Positions 51,824 to 61,157 of a stretch of 64,000 nucleotides of DNA are shown in pieces. The notes beneath the pieces were generated by a model that saw nothing but the letters and a program-made list of their open reading frames with translations, ran no database searches and was not told the DNA's origin. The translations under genes were made by a program, and so were the position numbers. Positions within the stretch are counted from its first letter, which is position 1. Each line of letters starts with the position of its first letter. This stretch comes from Spirochaetia bacterium (GTDB taxonomy: Bacteria; Spirochaetota; Spirochaetia; SZUA-6; Bin103): assembly GCA_965199955.1 (NCBI GenBank), contig CBDATQ010000002.1, positions 192,001 through 256,000 of the forward strand, written 5' to 3'.

Positions 51824-52723
51824 ATGCGCACGTTCGAATCCAGGAGTCGAGACCACCAGTGTGCTCTGGGAGCGCAACCCGTACTACTCCGTCGTGGACG
51901 AGACCGGCAATCAGCTCCCCTACATCGACTACATCCGGGTCGGCGTGACGCCGGACCTGGAGGCGCGCTTCCTGAAGGCGATGCAGGGCGACATCGACAT
52001 CGGCTCACAGGAGTTCCAGGACCTGGGCAAGTTCTCGCTGCTCAAGCAGCGGGAGGATCAGGGCAACTACCAGGTGGTGATCTGGTCAGGGTCCCGCCAG
52101 CCGTCCATGGTGCGCTTCGACTGGCCCGCGGCGCAGGATGAGAACTTCAAAACGCCAACCAGCACAAGGAGTTCCGCCAGGCGCTGTCGGTCGCCATCGA
52201 CCGCGACGAGCTGAACGAGAAGCTGTTCCTGGGCCTGGCCACCCCGTCGGTGTCCGGGGTCCCGCACACCAGCCCCTTCTACGACCCGGTGCAGGACACC
52301 TGTCTGGGACCCGACCTCGACAAGGCGCGCGAGCTGCTCGACTCAATCGGCATCCGCGACGGCGACGGCGGCGGCATCCTGGAGTACGAGAACGGCGACG
52401 ACGTCCACATCCTGGTCGGCGCCTACAACCCGATCCGGCGGGGCGGCACGGTGCGCGAACAGCCGGCCGAGTACGACCGCGCCCACGAGCTGGAGAACCA
52501 GATGGCCACGGCCACGACGCTGGACGAATGGCGGGCGGCGGTGCAGGAGTACTTCAACTACACCTCCACCGACGCGCTGCAGTTCATCCACTTCGTCACC
52601 GACCGGCCGGCGATGGTGATCCGGCACAACCGCATGGGCAACATCCCGGACAACGGCTTCTACTGGAAGGCGCTGATCCTGTCCAAGTCCGATCAGTACT
52701 TCATCCGGGAGGGCATGCAGTAG
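51824..52723 (+). pseudogene. Collapsed family-5 ABC substrate-binding protein
   Basis: AGGAGG RBS and ATG, then out-of-frame pieces WERNPYY..GNQLPYIDYI / KEFRQALSVAIDRDELNE / DLDKARELLDSIG / NRMGNIP..DQYFI. Confidence 0.85.
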
Positions 52724-52750
52724 ACGCGCTCACGGGCGTTGGTAGAGGCG

Positions 52751-52782
52751 AGGAGAGCCGGCCCGGTCCGGCTCTCCTTTTT
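52751..52782 (+). terminator. Intrinsic terminator-like hairpin
   Basis: AGGAGAGCCGG-CCCGGT-CCGGCTCTCCT followed by TTTT. Confidence 0.75.
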
Positions 52783-52811
52783 GGTAGCGGCGGGGCATAC
52801 TGCCGAACGGG

Positions 52812-53265
52812 ATGACGGCGTTCCTGGTACGGCGGCTGGATCGCCAACTTCCTGCGCGGCGACATGGGCGAGTCGTTCGACTACGAGGGGCTGGAGGTGG
52901 TCGACCTGCTGAAGCGAACCGTACCCTACAGCATCCTCATCAGCGTCCTGTCCCTGATGTCCGGCGCCGGCCTGTGGCGCATCATCTTCCGCCACCTGAT
53001 TCCGGGTACGCTGAGCCACCTGATCGTGAGCGCTACCTTGGGCATTCCGGGCATGATCCTCGGCGAGAGCTCGCTGAGCTTTCTGGGGGTTGGCATCACC
53101 CCGCCGCTGACAAGCTGGGGACTGCTGCTGAGCGACGCGCAGAAGACGGAGGTACTGGTCAAACACCAATGGCTTATGATCTCCGGCCTGCTGATCACCG
53201 TGATCGTGCTGGCGTTCAACTTCTTCGGCGACGGCCTGCGCGACGCGGCCGATCCGTACGCATGA
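52812..53265 (+). pseudogene. Collapsed OppB-OppC permease chimera
   Basis: MTAFLVRRL, frameshift to WIANFLRGDMGESF (OppB-like), joined in frame to RIIFRHLIP..ESSLSFLG..FNFFGDGLRDAADPY (OppC C-terminus). Confidence 0.85.
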
Positions 53266-53269
53266 CGCC

Positions 53270-53890
53270 ATGCTGCTGTCCGCGTCCCGCCTGACCCTGC
53301 GCACCCGCTGGAGCCGCGGCTCCGACGGGGCGGAGTCGGAGGAGATGGTGCTGGGGATGTCGGTCGGCTACCGGGTGATGATGGCCGGGATCGGCGTGAT
53401 GCTGATCGTCGGCATGGTCGTGGCGACCGCCGACGGCGGGCGTCCGGTCACGCTGCCGGCGGACGCGGTACCGCTGGGGATCATCGCGCTGTGCCTGTTC
53501 GGGGCGGCGTACCGCGACTGCTGGATCTTCAAGCCGGCCGCCGGCACCTGCGAACGGCAGATCGGCCTGGCGTTCCTCTTCAAGCGCACCGGCATCGCGC
53601 TGTCGTCGATCCGGTGCGTCGAGGTCAGCGAGTATCTGCGGGGAGGCCCGGTCGACAGCGCGCCGCTGGACCCGTCGCGGTACGCTCCGAGCCGGCTGCC
53701 GCTCGGCCGCAGCAAGCCGCGCAGCTTCGTGACCCTGAGCCTGATCGACGCCGACGAGCGGACCATCCGGCTCGATCACTCGGGCGGCGCGACCGCCGAC
53801 CGCATGGTGACGGTGGGCCGGGAGCTGGCCGACTTCATCGGTGCGGAGCTGGTCGACCGCACCGCGGGCGCCGCGCCGCCGCGAGGGTGA
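53270..53890 (+). CDS. Hypothetical two-TM membrane protein
   Basis: Two hydrophobic helices followed by a soluble domain. Confidence 0.55.
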   Translation: MLLSASRLTLRTRWSRGSDGAESEEMVLGMSVGYRVMMAGIGVMLIVGMVVATADGGRPVTLPADAVPLGIIALCLFGAAYRDCWIFKPAAGTCERQIGLAFLFKRTGIALSSIRCVEVSEYLRGGPVDSAPLDPSRYAPSRLPLGRSKPRSFVTLSLIDADERTIRLDHSGGATADRMVTVGRELADFIGAELVDRTAGAAPPRG

Positions 53891-54296
53891 GGCGCCGCGC
53901 CGACCTGACGCCGGCCGGGGCGGCCGTGCTGGTGACGGCGCTGTGCCTGGCAGCCGCCGGAAGTGCCGCGGGCGACGGACCCGCCGCGGTGGTGTTCGAG
54001 AACCGGCTGTGCGGCGGCGCCGGCCTGCAGGTGGCGCTGCGCCTGCCAGGATCGGGCAACCGCCACGCCCTCGGGGCGCGCGTGTCGCTGGTCACCTCGG
54101 CGGGACCTACGTACGGCAGATGCGGAGCACCGCCGGCTACCTGTCGGGCGAGCCGCCACGCCTCCACTTCGGCCTGCCGGCCGGCGCCCGCATCGATGCG
54201 CTGTCCATCGTCTGGCCTGACGGCCGTACCTCGCATGTACTGGGGGGCACCCGGCTCGCACCCGGCCGCATCGTGATCATCGAACGCCCGTCCTGA
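53887..54296 (+). pseudogene. Frameshifted ASPIC/UnbV-domain remnant (CRTAC1-like)
   Basis: Signal-like helix joined to FENR..NRHALGARV, frameshift near 54103, then GYLSGEPPRLHFGL..IVWPDG. Confidence 0.7.
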
Positions 54297-54318
54297 CGGG
54301 ACGGACTCGTCACCGTGG

Positions 54319-54852
54319 CTACGCGCCCGTGCGGCTCACTCGGGCCAGGAAGTCGGCAGTCGTGGCGCAGTCCACGATCCACTCGCCCGCTTCGGCGAGG
54401 CGATCCGCGTCGGTGACGCCGGCCAGCACCGTCGACAGCCGCTCCGCCGCCGCCGGACCGAACCGGTGCTCCGCCAAACGGTGCAGCAGCGCCCTCTGCC
54501 GTTCGATGCCCTGCTCGATTCCTTGTTCGAGTCCTTGTTCGATACCCCGTTCCAGGATTTCCGCTTCCCAGCGATCGATCTTCTCCAACAACACGGCGCT
54601 TACCTCCTCGTACTCACGGATCGACGGCAACTCCACGCCCCACTTCCGGCCCAAGACGCCCAGCCACAGGTCGAAGCTCCTCGTCAGACCCGGTTCGCCC
54701 GCTTCCGCAAGCCATTCCCCCAGCTCCCGCACCCGCTTGGGCAACGCGCCCGTCTGCGCGCCCTGCTCCACCTCCGCGACCCATCGCAGCAGGTTCGCTC
54801 GCGGCAGATCATCCGCCTTCACCGCCACGAGATCAACCACGTCGTAGCTCAC
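54319..54852 (-). pseudogene. C-terminal fragment of an Rpn/PD-(D/E)XK putative transposase family gene
   Basis: ERGIEQGLEQGIEQGIERQRALL..RFG..LAEAGEWIVDC; no nuclease N-terminus. Confidence 0.65.
54501..54555. repeat. Imperfect 12-nt tandem repeat encoding (G-I/L-E-Q)n
   Basis: TTCGATGCCCTG CTCGATTCCTTG TTCGAGTCCTTG TTCGATACCCCG. Confidence 0.7.
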
Positions 54853-54993
54853 GGCGAGCTGCGCGGACCGTCGTGCTCCGTGCGCTCCACCAGCCCGGCG
54901 AGCGTCAGCGGCGCTTCAGGGACGGCTCGAGAAAGGGCAAAGGTGCCCTGCTGGCGACACCGCGGCTAGCTCCGTCGAGTAGAGTGCGAAGAG

Positions 54994-56748
54994 ATGAAAC
55001 GACCAAGCGTCGTCTTCGTGCTGACCGACGACCAGGGCTACGGCGACCTGGGGTGCCACGGGAACGACGTGATCCGCACCCCCAACGTCGACCGCCACCA
55101 CGCGAACGCGGTCCGGTTCACGGACTTCCACGTCGGCACCACCTGTGCGCCGACCCGGGCGGGTCTCCTCACCGGCCACGACTGCAACAGCGCCGGCGTC
55201 TGGCACACCATCGGCGGCCGCTCGCTGCTGCGCGAGGACGAGTGGACACTGGCCGACGCCCTGCGCGAAGCCGGCTACCGCACCGGGCACTTCGGCAAGT
55301 GGCACCTGGGCGACAGCCCGCCGTTCCGGCCGCACGAGCGCGGCTTCGAGCGGTCGGTCTACCACGCGGGCGGCGGCATCGGGAACACCGGCGATCCGTG
55401 GGGGAACGACTACTTCGACGACATCTACTACGTGAACGGCCGGCCGGAGCGCTTCGCCGGCTACTGCACCGACGTGTTCTTCCGCGAGGGGCTCCGTTTC
55501 ATAGAGGAGCACCGCGACGAGCCGTTCTTCTGCTACATCGCCACCAACGCCCCGCACACCCCGCTCAACGTGGAACCCCGCTACGTCGAGAGATACCGCG
55601 GCGCCGTTCCGCACGAAGACCGGGCGCGGTTCTACGGCATGATCACCAACATCGACGAGAACTTCGGGACGCTGACGAGCACTTTGGAGACGCTCGGACT
55701 GGCCGAGGACACCATCGTCGTGTTCATGACCGACAACGGCACCGCCGGCGGCGTGGACCTCGACGCGGACGAGCACCCGCGCGAGGCGCCGGGCAGCTTC
55801 AACGCCGGCATGCGCGGCCGGAAGGGCTCGCCCTACGAGGGCGGCCACCGCGTGCCGTTCCTGCTGCGCTACCCCGCGGGGGGCGCGGCCGGCGGACGCG
55901 ACGTCCACACGCTCACCAGCTACGTCGACTTCATGCCGACGATCCTCGACCTGTGTGGCCTGGACGTGCCGGCCGGCCGCTCCTTCCACGGCCGCAGCCT
56001 CGTCCCCCTGATCCGCGGCGAGGCGGACCCCGCATGGGCGGAGCGCATCGTGGTGAGCGACACCCAGCGGATCGCCCGCCCCATGAAGTGGCGGAAGAGC
56101 GCGGTGATGCGCGGCCGGTGGCGGCTGGTGAACGGCACCGAGCTGTACGACCTGGAGCGCGGTCCCGGCCAGCGCAGCGACGTCGCCGCACACAACCCCA
56201 CGCTGGTGGCCGAGCTGCGCGCCGGCTACGACCGCTGGTGGGAGCGGGTCTCCGGGCAGTTCGACTGCGACGCCGCCATCGCCGTCGGCGCCGACGCGGA
56301 GCCGGTGCGGCTCACCACCCATGACCTGCGCAACGAGGCGTGCCACACCGCGTGGAACCAGCGCCAAGTGCGCGCGGGACTGGCCGTCAGCGGCTCCTGG
56401 GCCATCGACGTCCGCCGCGCGGGCCGCTACCGGGTGGAGCTGCGGCGCTGGCCGGAAGAGGCCGGCCACGCGCTGGACGCCGGCATCGACGGCGACGACG
56501 TGGAGTGGCGCAGGGACGCGATCCGCCAGGACGACGCACCGCATTACACTGGAGGCTTCGCCCTGGACATCGGCTGGGCGCAACTCACCGTGGGCGGCAG
56601 GTGTCGCCAGGTCGAGACCGCTGCCGGCGACTCGCTGGCGGCCTTCGAGGTGGACCTGGATGCCGGCCAGGACGAGCTGTACGCATCGTTTCACGACCGC
56701 CAGGAGCGCACGATCGCCCCTTACTACGTGACGATCCGTCCGGCCTGA
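54994..56748 (+). CDS. Arylsulfatase
   Basis: VLTDDQGYGDLG, CAPTRAGLLTG, FGKWHLG, MTDNG, YEGGHRVP. Confidence 0.93.
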   Translation: MKRPSVVFVLTDDQGYGDLGCHGNDVIRTPNVDRHHANAVRFTDFHVGTTCAPTRAGLLTGHDCNSAGVWHTIGGRSLLREDEWTLADALREAGYRTGHFGKWHLGDSPPFRPHERGFERSVYHAGGGIGNTGDPWGNDYFDDIYYVNGRPERFAGYCTDVFFREGLRFIEEHRDEPFFCYIATNAPHTPLNVEPRYVERYRGAVPHEDRARFYGMITNIDENFGTLTSTLETLGLAEDTIVVFMTDNGTAGGVDLDADEHPREAPGSFNAGMRGRKGSPYEGGHRVPFLLRYPAGGAAGGRDVHTLTSYVDFMPTILDLCGLDVPAGRSFHGRSLVPLIRGEADPAWAERIVVSDTQRIARPMKWRKSAVMRGRWRLVNGTELYDLERGPGQRSDVAAHNPTLVAELRAGYDRWWERVSGQFDCDAAIAVGADAEPVRLTTHDLRNEACHTAWNQRQVRAGLAVSGSWAIDVRRAGRYRVELRRWPEEAGHALDAGIDGDDVEWRRDAIRQDDAPHYTGGFALDIGWAQLTVGGRCRQVETAAGDSLAAFEVDLDAGQDELYASFHDRQERTIAPYYVTIRPA

Positions 56749-56756
56749 CGCCCGCA

Positions 56757-56873
56757 ATGCTTGACACCGAATCCGGGATCACCGACACGGAGTGGCACCA
56801 CGTGGCGTGGCAGTACGGCTACGCCGAGGACGTGCACGAGCTGTTCCTGGACGGCACGTCGATCTGGCGATGA
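56757..56873 (+). pseudogene. LamG/concanavalin-like domain fragment
   Basis: ITDTEWHHVAWQY..HELFLDG. Confidence 0.5.
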
Positions 56874-58342
56874 GATCCGCATTTCCGGTGTGCGGCGGTA
56901 TTGAGCAGGCGTCCTAACCGTGATAGCAGGGCCGCCACGGTGAGCTCACCTCGCCGGATTGCGCTCTCGTGTGCGGTCTCTTTCCGGGAGTCCCGGGCGC
57001 CGAGGTCGGCGCCGGCCTTCAGGAGCGCGTCCATCACCGGTTCGAGGTCGTCGATGTCGTCGCGGAGGTGATGGAGGGGCGAGCCCCCGCCCGGCGTGAC
57101 GCTGGTCGCAAAGTCCGGATGCTCCGACAGGTAGCGGCGCAACGCCGCGGCCCTGCCGAAGGAGACCAGGTCGAGGCCGTCGGTGCAGTGGTCGAGCAGG
57201 TAGTCCCGCATGGCGACGTGGCCGGCGTGGTCGGCCCATCCTGCCGGCGACGATCCGTGATCGGCGTCGCGCAGCGGCCGCGCCCCGTGTGCGACCAGGA
57301 CCTCGGCGACCTCCCGCCGATCGTTCCACCCGGCGTGGTGCAGCGCGGTCGTGCCGTCCTTCGCGGTGGCGTTCGGATCCGCGCCCAGGTTCAGCAGGCA
57401 CCGCACCGCGTCCACGTTGCCCAGCGAGGCGGCCGTGTGCAGCGACTCGGGACCGCTCAGGCTCTGCGGCGCAGCGTCGAGAGCGGCGCGCGCGGCAGCC
57501 TCGTCGCCGCTCATGCAGGCGGCCCGAAAGCGGTCTTCCGGGCTCAGCTCCGTCGGCGTGGCGCCGGCGCGCCGCAGCAACGCGGCGACGTCCCCGAAGC
57601 CGTGCAACAGCGCGTTCTCGTAATGGGTCCGGCCGTTGTAGTAGCTGCTGCCGCGCGGATCGGCGCCGTGCCGGAGCAACAGCTCGACACGGTCGGCAAA
57701 GCCCTTGGTCGCCGCGTGACCGAGGAGGAAGTCGAGGGTTCCGGCCTTGTTCCTGGTCTTCCAGTTGATCCTGTCCGCGGCGGTGAGCCCGCGGTCCAGG
57801 AGCAGGCGCAGCCAGCGGTCGTCGGGCCGGAACATCGTGTTGTAGAGCCCCTGGGCGTCGTTGGGGTCCGCGCCGGCGTCCAGCAGCAGCTCGGCCAGTG
57901 CCCGGGCATGCGGATGCGGCGGCTGGCTGGCGACGCCGCCTTCGCCTTCGCCCATCGCGCCGGTAAGGGCCGTGAACCGGTACGTCCGCCCCCACATGAA
58001 GTGGGAGTTGGGGTCGGCACCGTGCTCGATCAGCAGCCGGGCGGCGCCGATGGCGTCCGCTCCGGCGAGCTGCTCGGTCACGCGCGAGTAGCAGAGGTAG
58101 AGCAGCGGCGGCCACCTGCGCGGCCCGCCGGCTGCGGATGCGCGGCTGGCGTCGTCGCTCAGGAGCCGTCCCAACGTCGTAGCGTTCGCCGTCGCGGCCG
58201 CGGTGTGGGCATCGACCGCCGCCAGCGACGGCCGGTCGGCCAGCATTCGCCTGGCGCGATCGACCCTGTCCGTCGAGTCGTTGCCGTAGGTCAGGCATGC
58301 CAGATCCAGGAACCGCGCCGCCTCGCCCTGATTCGATTTCAT
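56819..58342 (-). CDS. Ankyrin-repeat protein
   Basis: LIEHGADPN, LLDAGADPN, LLRHGADP, LHTAASLGNVDAVRCLLNLGADPN, TALHHAG, LLKAGAD. Confidence 0.88.
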   Translation of the reverse strand: MKSNQGEAARFLDLACLTYGNDSTDRVDRARRMLADRPSLAAVDAHTAAATANATTLGRLLSDDASRASAAGGPRRWPPLLYLCYSRVTEQLAGADAIGAARLLIEHGADPNSHFMWGRTYRFTALTGAMGEGEGGVASQPPHPHARALAELLLDAGADPNDAQGLYNTMFRPDDRWLRLLLDRGLTAADRINWKTRNKAGTLDFLLGHAATKGFADRVELLLRHGADPRGSSYYNGRTHYENALLHGFGDVAALLRRAGATPTELSPEDRFRAACMSGDEAAARAALDAAPQSLSGPESLHTAASLGNVDAVRCLLNLGADPNATAKDGTTALHHAGWNDRREVAEVLVAHGARPLRDADHGSSPAGWADHAGHVAMRDYLLDHCTDGLDLVSFGRAAALRRYLSEHPDFATSVTPGGGSPLHHLRDDIDDLEPVMDALLKAGADLGARDSRKETAHESAIRRGELTVAALLSRLGRLLNTAAHRKCGSHRQIDVPSRNSSCTSSA

Positions 58343-58379
58343 GGTGCGTCCTCGCGAAAGTTACTCCGGCTTTGCGGCG

Positions 58380-58413
58380 TTGACGCCTGAGGAGTGGAGC
58401 TCATGATGCCTGG
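58380..58413 (+). promoter_or_regulatory. Leaderless-type promoter/operator of vapBC
   Basis: TTGACG-16 nt-CATGAT-6 nt-ATG; GA(C/T)GCCTG repeated. Confidence 0.5.
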
Positions 58414-58680
58414 ATGAGAACCACCTTGACGCTTGACTCCTATGTTGCCCGGTTGCTCACGGAAGAGGCGCACCGGCAGCGAAAGCCGTTCAAGCAGGTC
58501 GTCAACGAAGCAATTCGCAAGGGTCTGGCGCCTTCGACCGCGGCGGCACGTCAGGGGGTATTCCGCGTCCGGCCTCACAGCACGACTCTCCGGCCCGGCA
58601 TCGACGTCGCATCGTTCAACAAGTTGGTCGACGAACTGGAGGATGATGCCGTGATCGAGAAGCTGCGGGCAACGCGGTGA
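58414..58680 (+). CDS. vapB: VapB-like antitoxin
   Basis: MRTTLTLD..FKQVVNEAIRKGL..PGID..NKLVDELED; GTGA overlap with the PIN remnant. Confidence 0.82.
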   Translation: MRTTLTLDSYVARLLTEEAHRQRKPFKQVVNEAIRKGLAPSTAAARQGVFRVRPHSTTLRPGIDVASFNKLVDELEDDAVIEKLRATR

Positions 58681-58841
58681 TCGTTCCCGACGTCAACCTC
58701 ACGACGGATGTTCAGATCGCCGCCCACGCGGCGGAGTACGGCGGCGAAGTCTATTCCAACGATGCGGACTTCAGTCGCTTCGCAGGTGTCCGCTGGGTGA
58801 ATCCGCTCACTGCAGAATCGACAGCACCTCCGCGACGGTAA
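58677..58841 (+). pseudogene. vapC: VapC PIN toxin with a large in-frame internal deletion
   Basis: Hand translation MIVPDVNL|TTDVQIAAHAAEYGGEVYSNDADFSRFAGVRWVNPL (54 aa). Confidence 0.85.
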
Positions 58842-58995
58842 GGAACCGGGGAGGCTCCACCTCATTCGGCAAGCCGCTTCTGCGTTGGTGCGAACTTCTC
58901 GTTGCTGCGGTCCAGGGACGCGCGGAACTCTCTCTCGGAATGCGAGTCCGCCGGCGAGATCACGATGCTCCGCGCATCGGTCGTTATCTCGGGCA
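58807..58995 (-). pseudogene. AbrB-type antitoxin C-terminus plus Doc toxin N-terminus remnant
   Basis: EITTDARSIVISP..EFRASLDRSNEKFAPTQKRLAE*, then GTG EPPRFLTVAEVLSILQ* (58860-58807). Confidence 0.6.
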
Positions 58996-60427
58996 GTCCT
59001 TCTTCCCCCAGGCGAACGAGGGTCTCGTCCGTGAGGTCCAGGCCGTGTCCGAACGGGGCGGCGAGGACGCTCCGCGTGGACAGGCTACCCGCGGCGATCT
59101 GCAGTGACGCGTATCCCTCCGGCCGCATGGCATAGAGGTCCGGATGCGCCCGGCACACCGTGGCCTGCAGTGCTTCCGGGAACATGCCGAGCCCTGCCAG
59201 GTAGTGGTGGCCGTTGCGCTCCACGTCACCGATGCCCAGGACGGCCATCGCGGCAAGGTCGTTGAGCAGCGCCACCGGCCCGACGTTGGCGAGGTCCTCG
59301 CCACTCATGACCCACGGCCCGGCCTCGGGGCGGTTGCGCCGGTGCCACTCGATCAGGCAGCGGTTCGCCAGGCCCTTGATCACGCCCTTGCAGTTCTTGT
59401 GGCTCGTCCCCCGGTACCCCAGCTCCAGCGCCCGGCGCAGCGAATCGAGCTGGCCGTCCGACTCGTCGATGATCATCGGCGGCGCCTCCGGCCAGGGCGC
59501 CAGCGCCTCGCCGACATCGCCGCTCAGCGCCACGTCGCGGTGCAGCGGCTGCTCCACGAACAGGAGCCGGTCGCCGTCGAACAGCGACCGCAGCGCCGGC
59601 TCGTCCCGGTACGCCTTCCAGTGATCGCGGAAGGTCGCGACGTCTCCGTACTGTTCGTTGCCGTCCAGGGAAAAGCGGAAGCCGGGCGAGGCGGCTTCCA
59701 GCACCTCGGCCACCGCGTGCAGCCGCGCAACGTCGGTCTCCAGCCGTCCGGAGACCTTGATCTTGAAGTGCGTCAGCCCGTACGCGGCCGCGGCGTCGGC
59801 CAGGGCATGGGGCAGCCCGTCGGCGACCCGATCCTCGCCTGCGATCTCGTCCCGGAGCAGGGGATCTCCCAGGCCGACGGTGTGACGGGCGACGATCGAC
59901 GGGAGCGGCGGGGGCAGCCAGTCAGCGGGTCGGCTCCCGGCCAGCTCCGGATGGAGCGCGCCGAGATCGACGCTAAGCAGGTTGTCGTGCACCGCGCGCA
60001 CGAAGGTGGTCCCGCTCCCGCGGCAGAACGCATCGATCGCCGCCCGCTCCACTAGGCCGGTCCCCAGGTGGGCCAGCAACGGGGGAATCTCCTGCCTGCC
60101 GGCCCAAGCCTCCTGCTTCGAGTGCAGTCGCTGCCAGAGTGCGAACACCGAATCGTGGGTGCAACCGGTGACCAATTCGGCGGCGTGCCGGATGACTCGT
60201 ACCATCGCCGGCAGATCCGCCTCGAAACTCGTGTCCGGGTCCTTGGTGAACCACTTCGGCGGCAGTCCTTCGGAGGCGAGACCGGCACATGCGGTTCCGT
60301 CCACCGAGCCGCGCAGGAGCACGAACACGTGCGGCACCTCGGTCATGGAAGCGATCCCGTACCGGAACGGAAAGCGGGTCCGCATCCATCGCGTGCGAAA
60401 GGAAACCGAATCGATATTCAACGACAT
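58862..60427 (-). CDS. Enolase-superfamily (mandelate racemase-like) protein
   Basis: HFKIKV, LDGNEQY, VEQP, IDESD, HKNCKG. Confidence 0.72.
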   Translation of the reverse strand: MSLNIDSVSFRTRWMRTRFPFRYGIASMTEVPHVFVLLRGSVDGTACAGLASEGLPPKWFTKDPDTSFEADLPAMVRVIRHAAELVTGCTHDSVFALWQRLHSKQEAWAGRQEIPPLLAHLGTGLVERAAIDAFCRGSGTTFVRAVHDNLLSVDLGALHPELAGSRPADWLPPPLPSIVARHTVGLGDPLLRDEIAGEDRVADGLPHALADAAAAYGLTHFKIKVSGRLETDVARLHAVAEVLEAASPGFRFSLDGNEQYGDVATFRDHWKAYRDEPALRSLFDGDRLLFVEQPLHRDVALSGDVGEALAPWPEAPPMIIDESDGQLDSLRRALELGYRGTSHKNCKGVIKGLANRCLIEWHRRNRPEAGPWVMSGEDLANVGPVALLNDLAAMAVLGIGDVERNGHHYLAGLGMFPEALQATVCRAHPDLYAMRPEGYASLQIAAGSLSTRSVLAAPFGHGLDLTDETLVRLGEEGLPEITTDARSIVISPADSHSEREFRASLDRSNEKFAPTQKRLAE

Positions 60428-60469
60428 GCGCAGTGCCGGCCGAGCGTTACGAGGGACATCGCGCGGCTC

Positions 60470-60817
60470 TCAAAGAGCGAGGTGCAGACGAAGCGCATCA
60501 TCGACCTTGCTCATCAGGTCGGGCGGGACACGGCCCACGTGCTCGTCGATGCGTTCGACGGCCACGGCCCGAACCTGCTCCGCCTGCGCCTTGGAGTCGA
60601 CCGTGAGCTGGCAGGCGCGGGCGGGGAGCGCCACCTGGAAGGGGAAGATCCGCTCGACATTGCCGGTGACCGGTACCACGGTCACGACACCGCGACGCAG
60701 TCGTGTCGCGGTCATGTTGGCGCCGTCGTTGCTCACGATGACGGCGGGCCTGCGGTACGCCGCCTCCGAGCCCATGGGAACGCTGAAGTCGACGATCCGG
60801 ACGTCTCCGCGACGCAT
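60470..60817 (-). CDS. mazF: MazF/PemK endoribonuclease toxin
   Basis: MRRGDV..GSEAAYRRPAVIVSND..VVPVT..DSKAQAEQVRAV..ALRLHLAL. Confidence 0.92.
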   Translation of the reverse strand: MRRGDVRIVDFSVPMGSEAAYRRPAVIVSNDGANMTATRLRRGVVTVVPVTGNVERIFPFQVALPARACQLTVDSKAQAEQVRAVAVERIDEHVGRVPPDLMSKVDDALRLHLAL

Positions 60818-60831
60818 GGCGGCAACCCCGA

Positions 60832-61053
60832 TCAGGTGATCAGACCGTCTTGGGTCGCCTGTTCCCACGTGGCCCTGTCGCCGCCGGCGTCCCACTCCGT
60901 CCACGCCGCCGCGTAGTCATCGGCCAGGTCCACCGCGCGCAGCAGGTCGATTGCCCGCTTCACCGCGGCCGACCTGGACTTGACGCCCCGCTCGCGAACG
61001 TACTCGTCGAGGAGCGCCACATCGCGTTCCGGCAGGCTGATGCTCACCTTCAT
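60832..61053 (-). CDS. mazE: Ribbon-helix-helix MazE antitoxin
   Basis: MKVSISLPERDVALLDEYV..SRSAAV..LADDYAAAWTEW..WEQATQDGL. Confidence 0.88.
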   Translation of the reverse strand: MKVSISLPERDVALLDEYVRERGVKSRSAAVKRAIDLLRAVDLADDYAAAWTEWDAGGDRATWEQATQDGLIT

Positions 61054-61078
61054 ACCAATATGCTACCAATATTGCCAC
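61053..61078 (-). promoter_or_regulatory. Leaderless promoter with direct-repeat operator for mazEF
   Basis: TAGCAT-6 nt-ATG; ATATTGGTA twice, 11 bp apart. Confidence 0.6.
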
Positions 61079-61157
61079 CCTTCGTCAAACTGGTGCCGGA
61101 GCTGATGCGCAAGCCTGTTCCAGGTGTCGGAAGGCACGTGGCAGTATGTGGGGCGAC

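Noticed and set aside
54501..54555. Short tandem repeat as a CRISPR array or regulatory repeat
   Set aside because: 12-nt coding repeat (GIEQ) typical of Rpn-like tails; no spacers and no cas genes
54319..54900. Active transposon
   Set aside because: Only a C-terminal Rpn-like fragment; no catalytic domain, terminal repeats or target duplication seen
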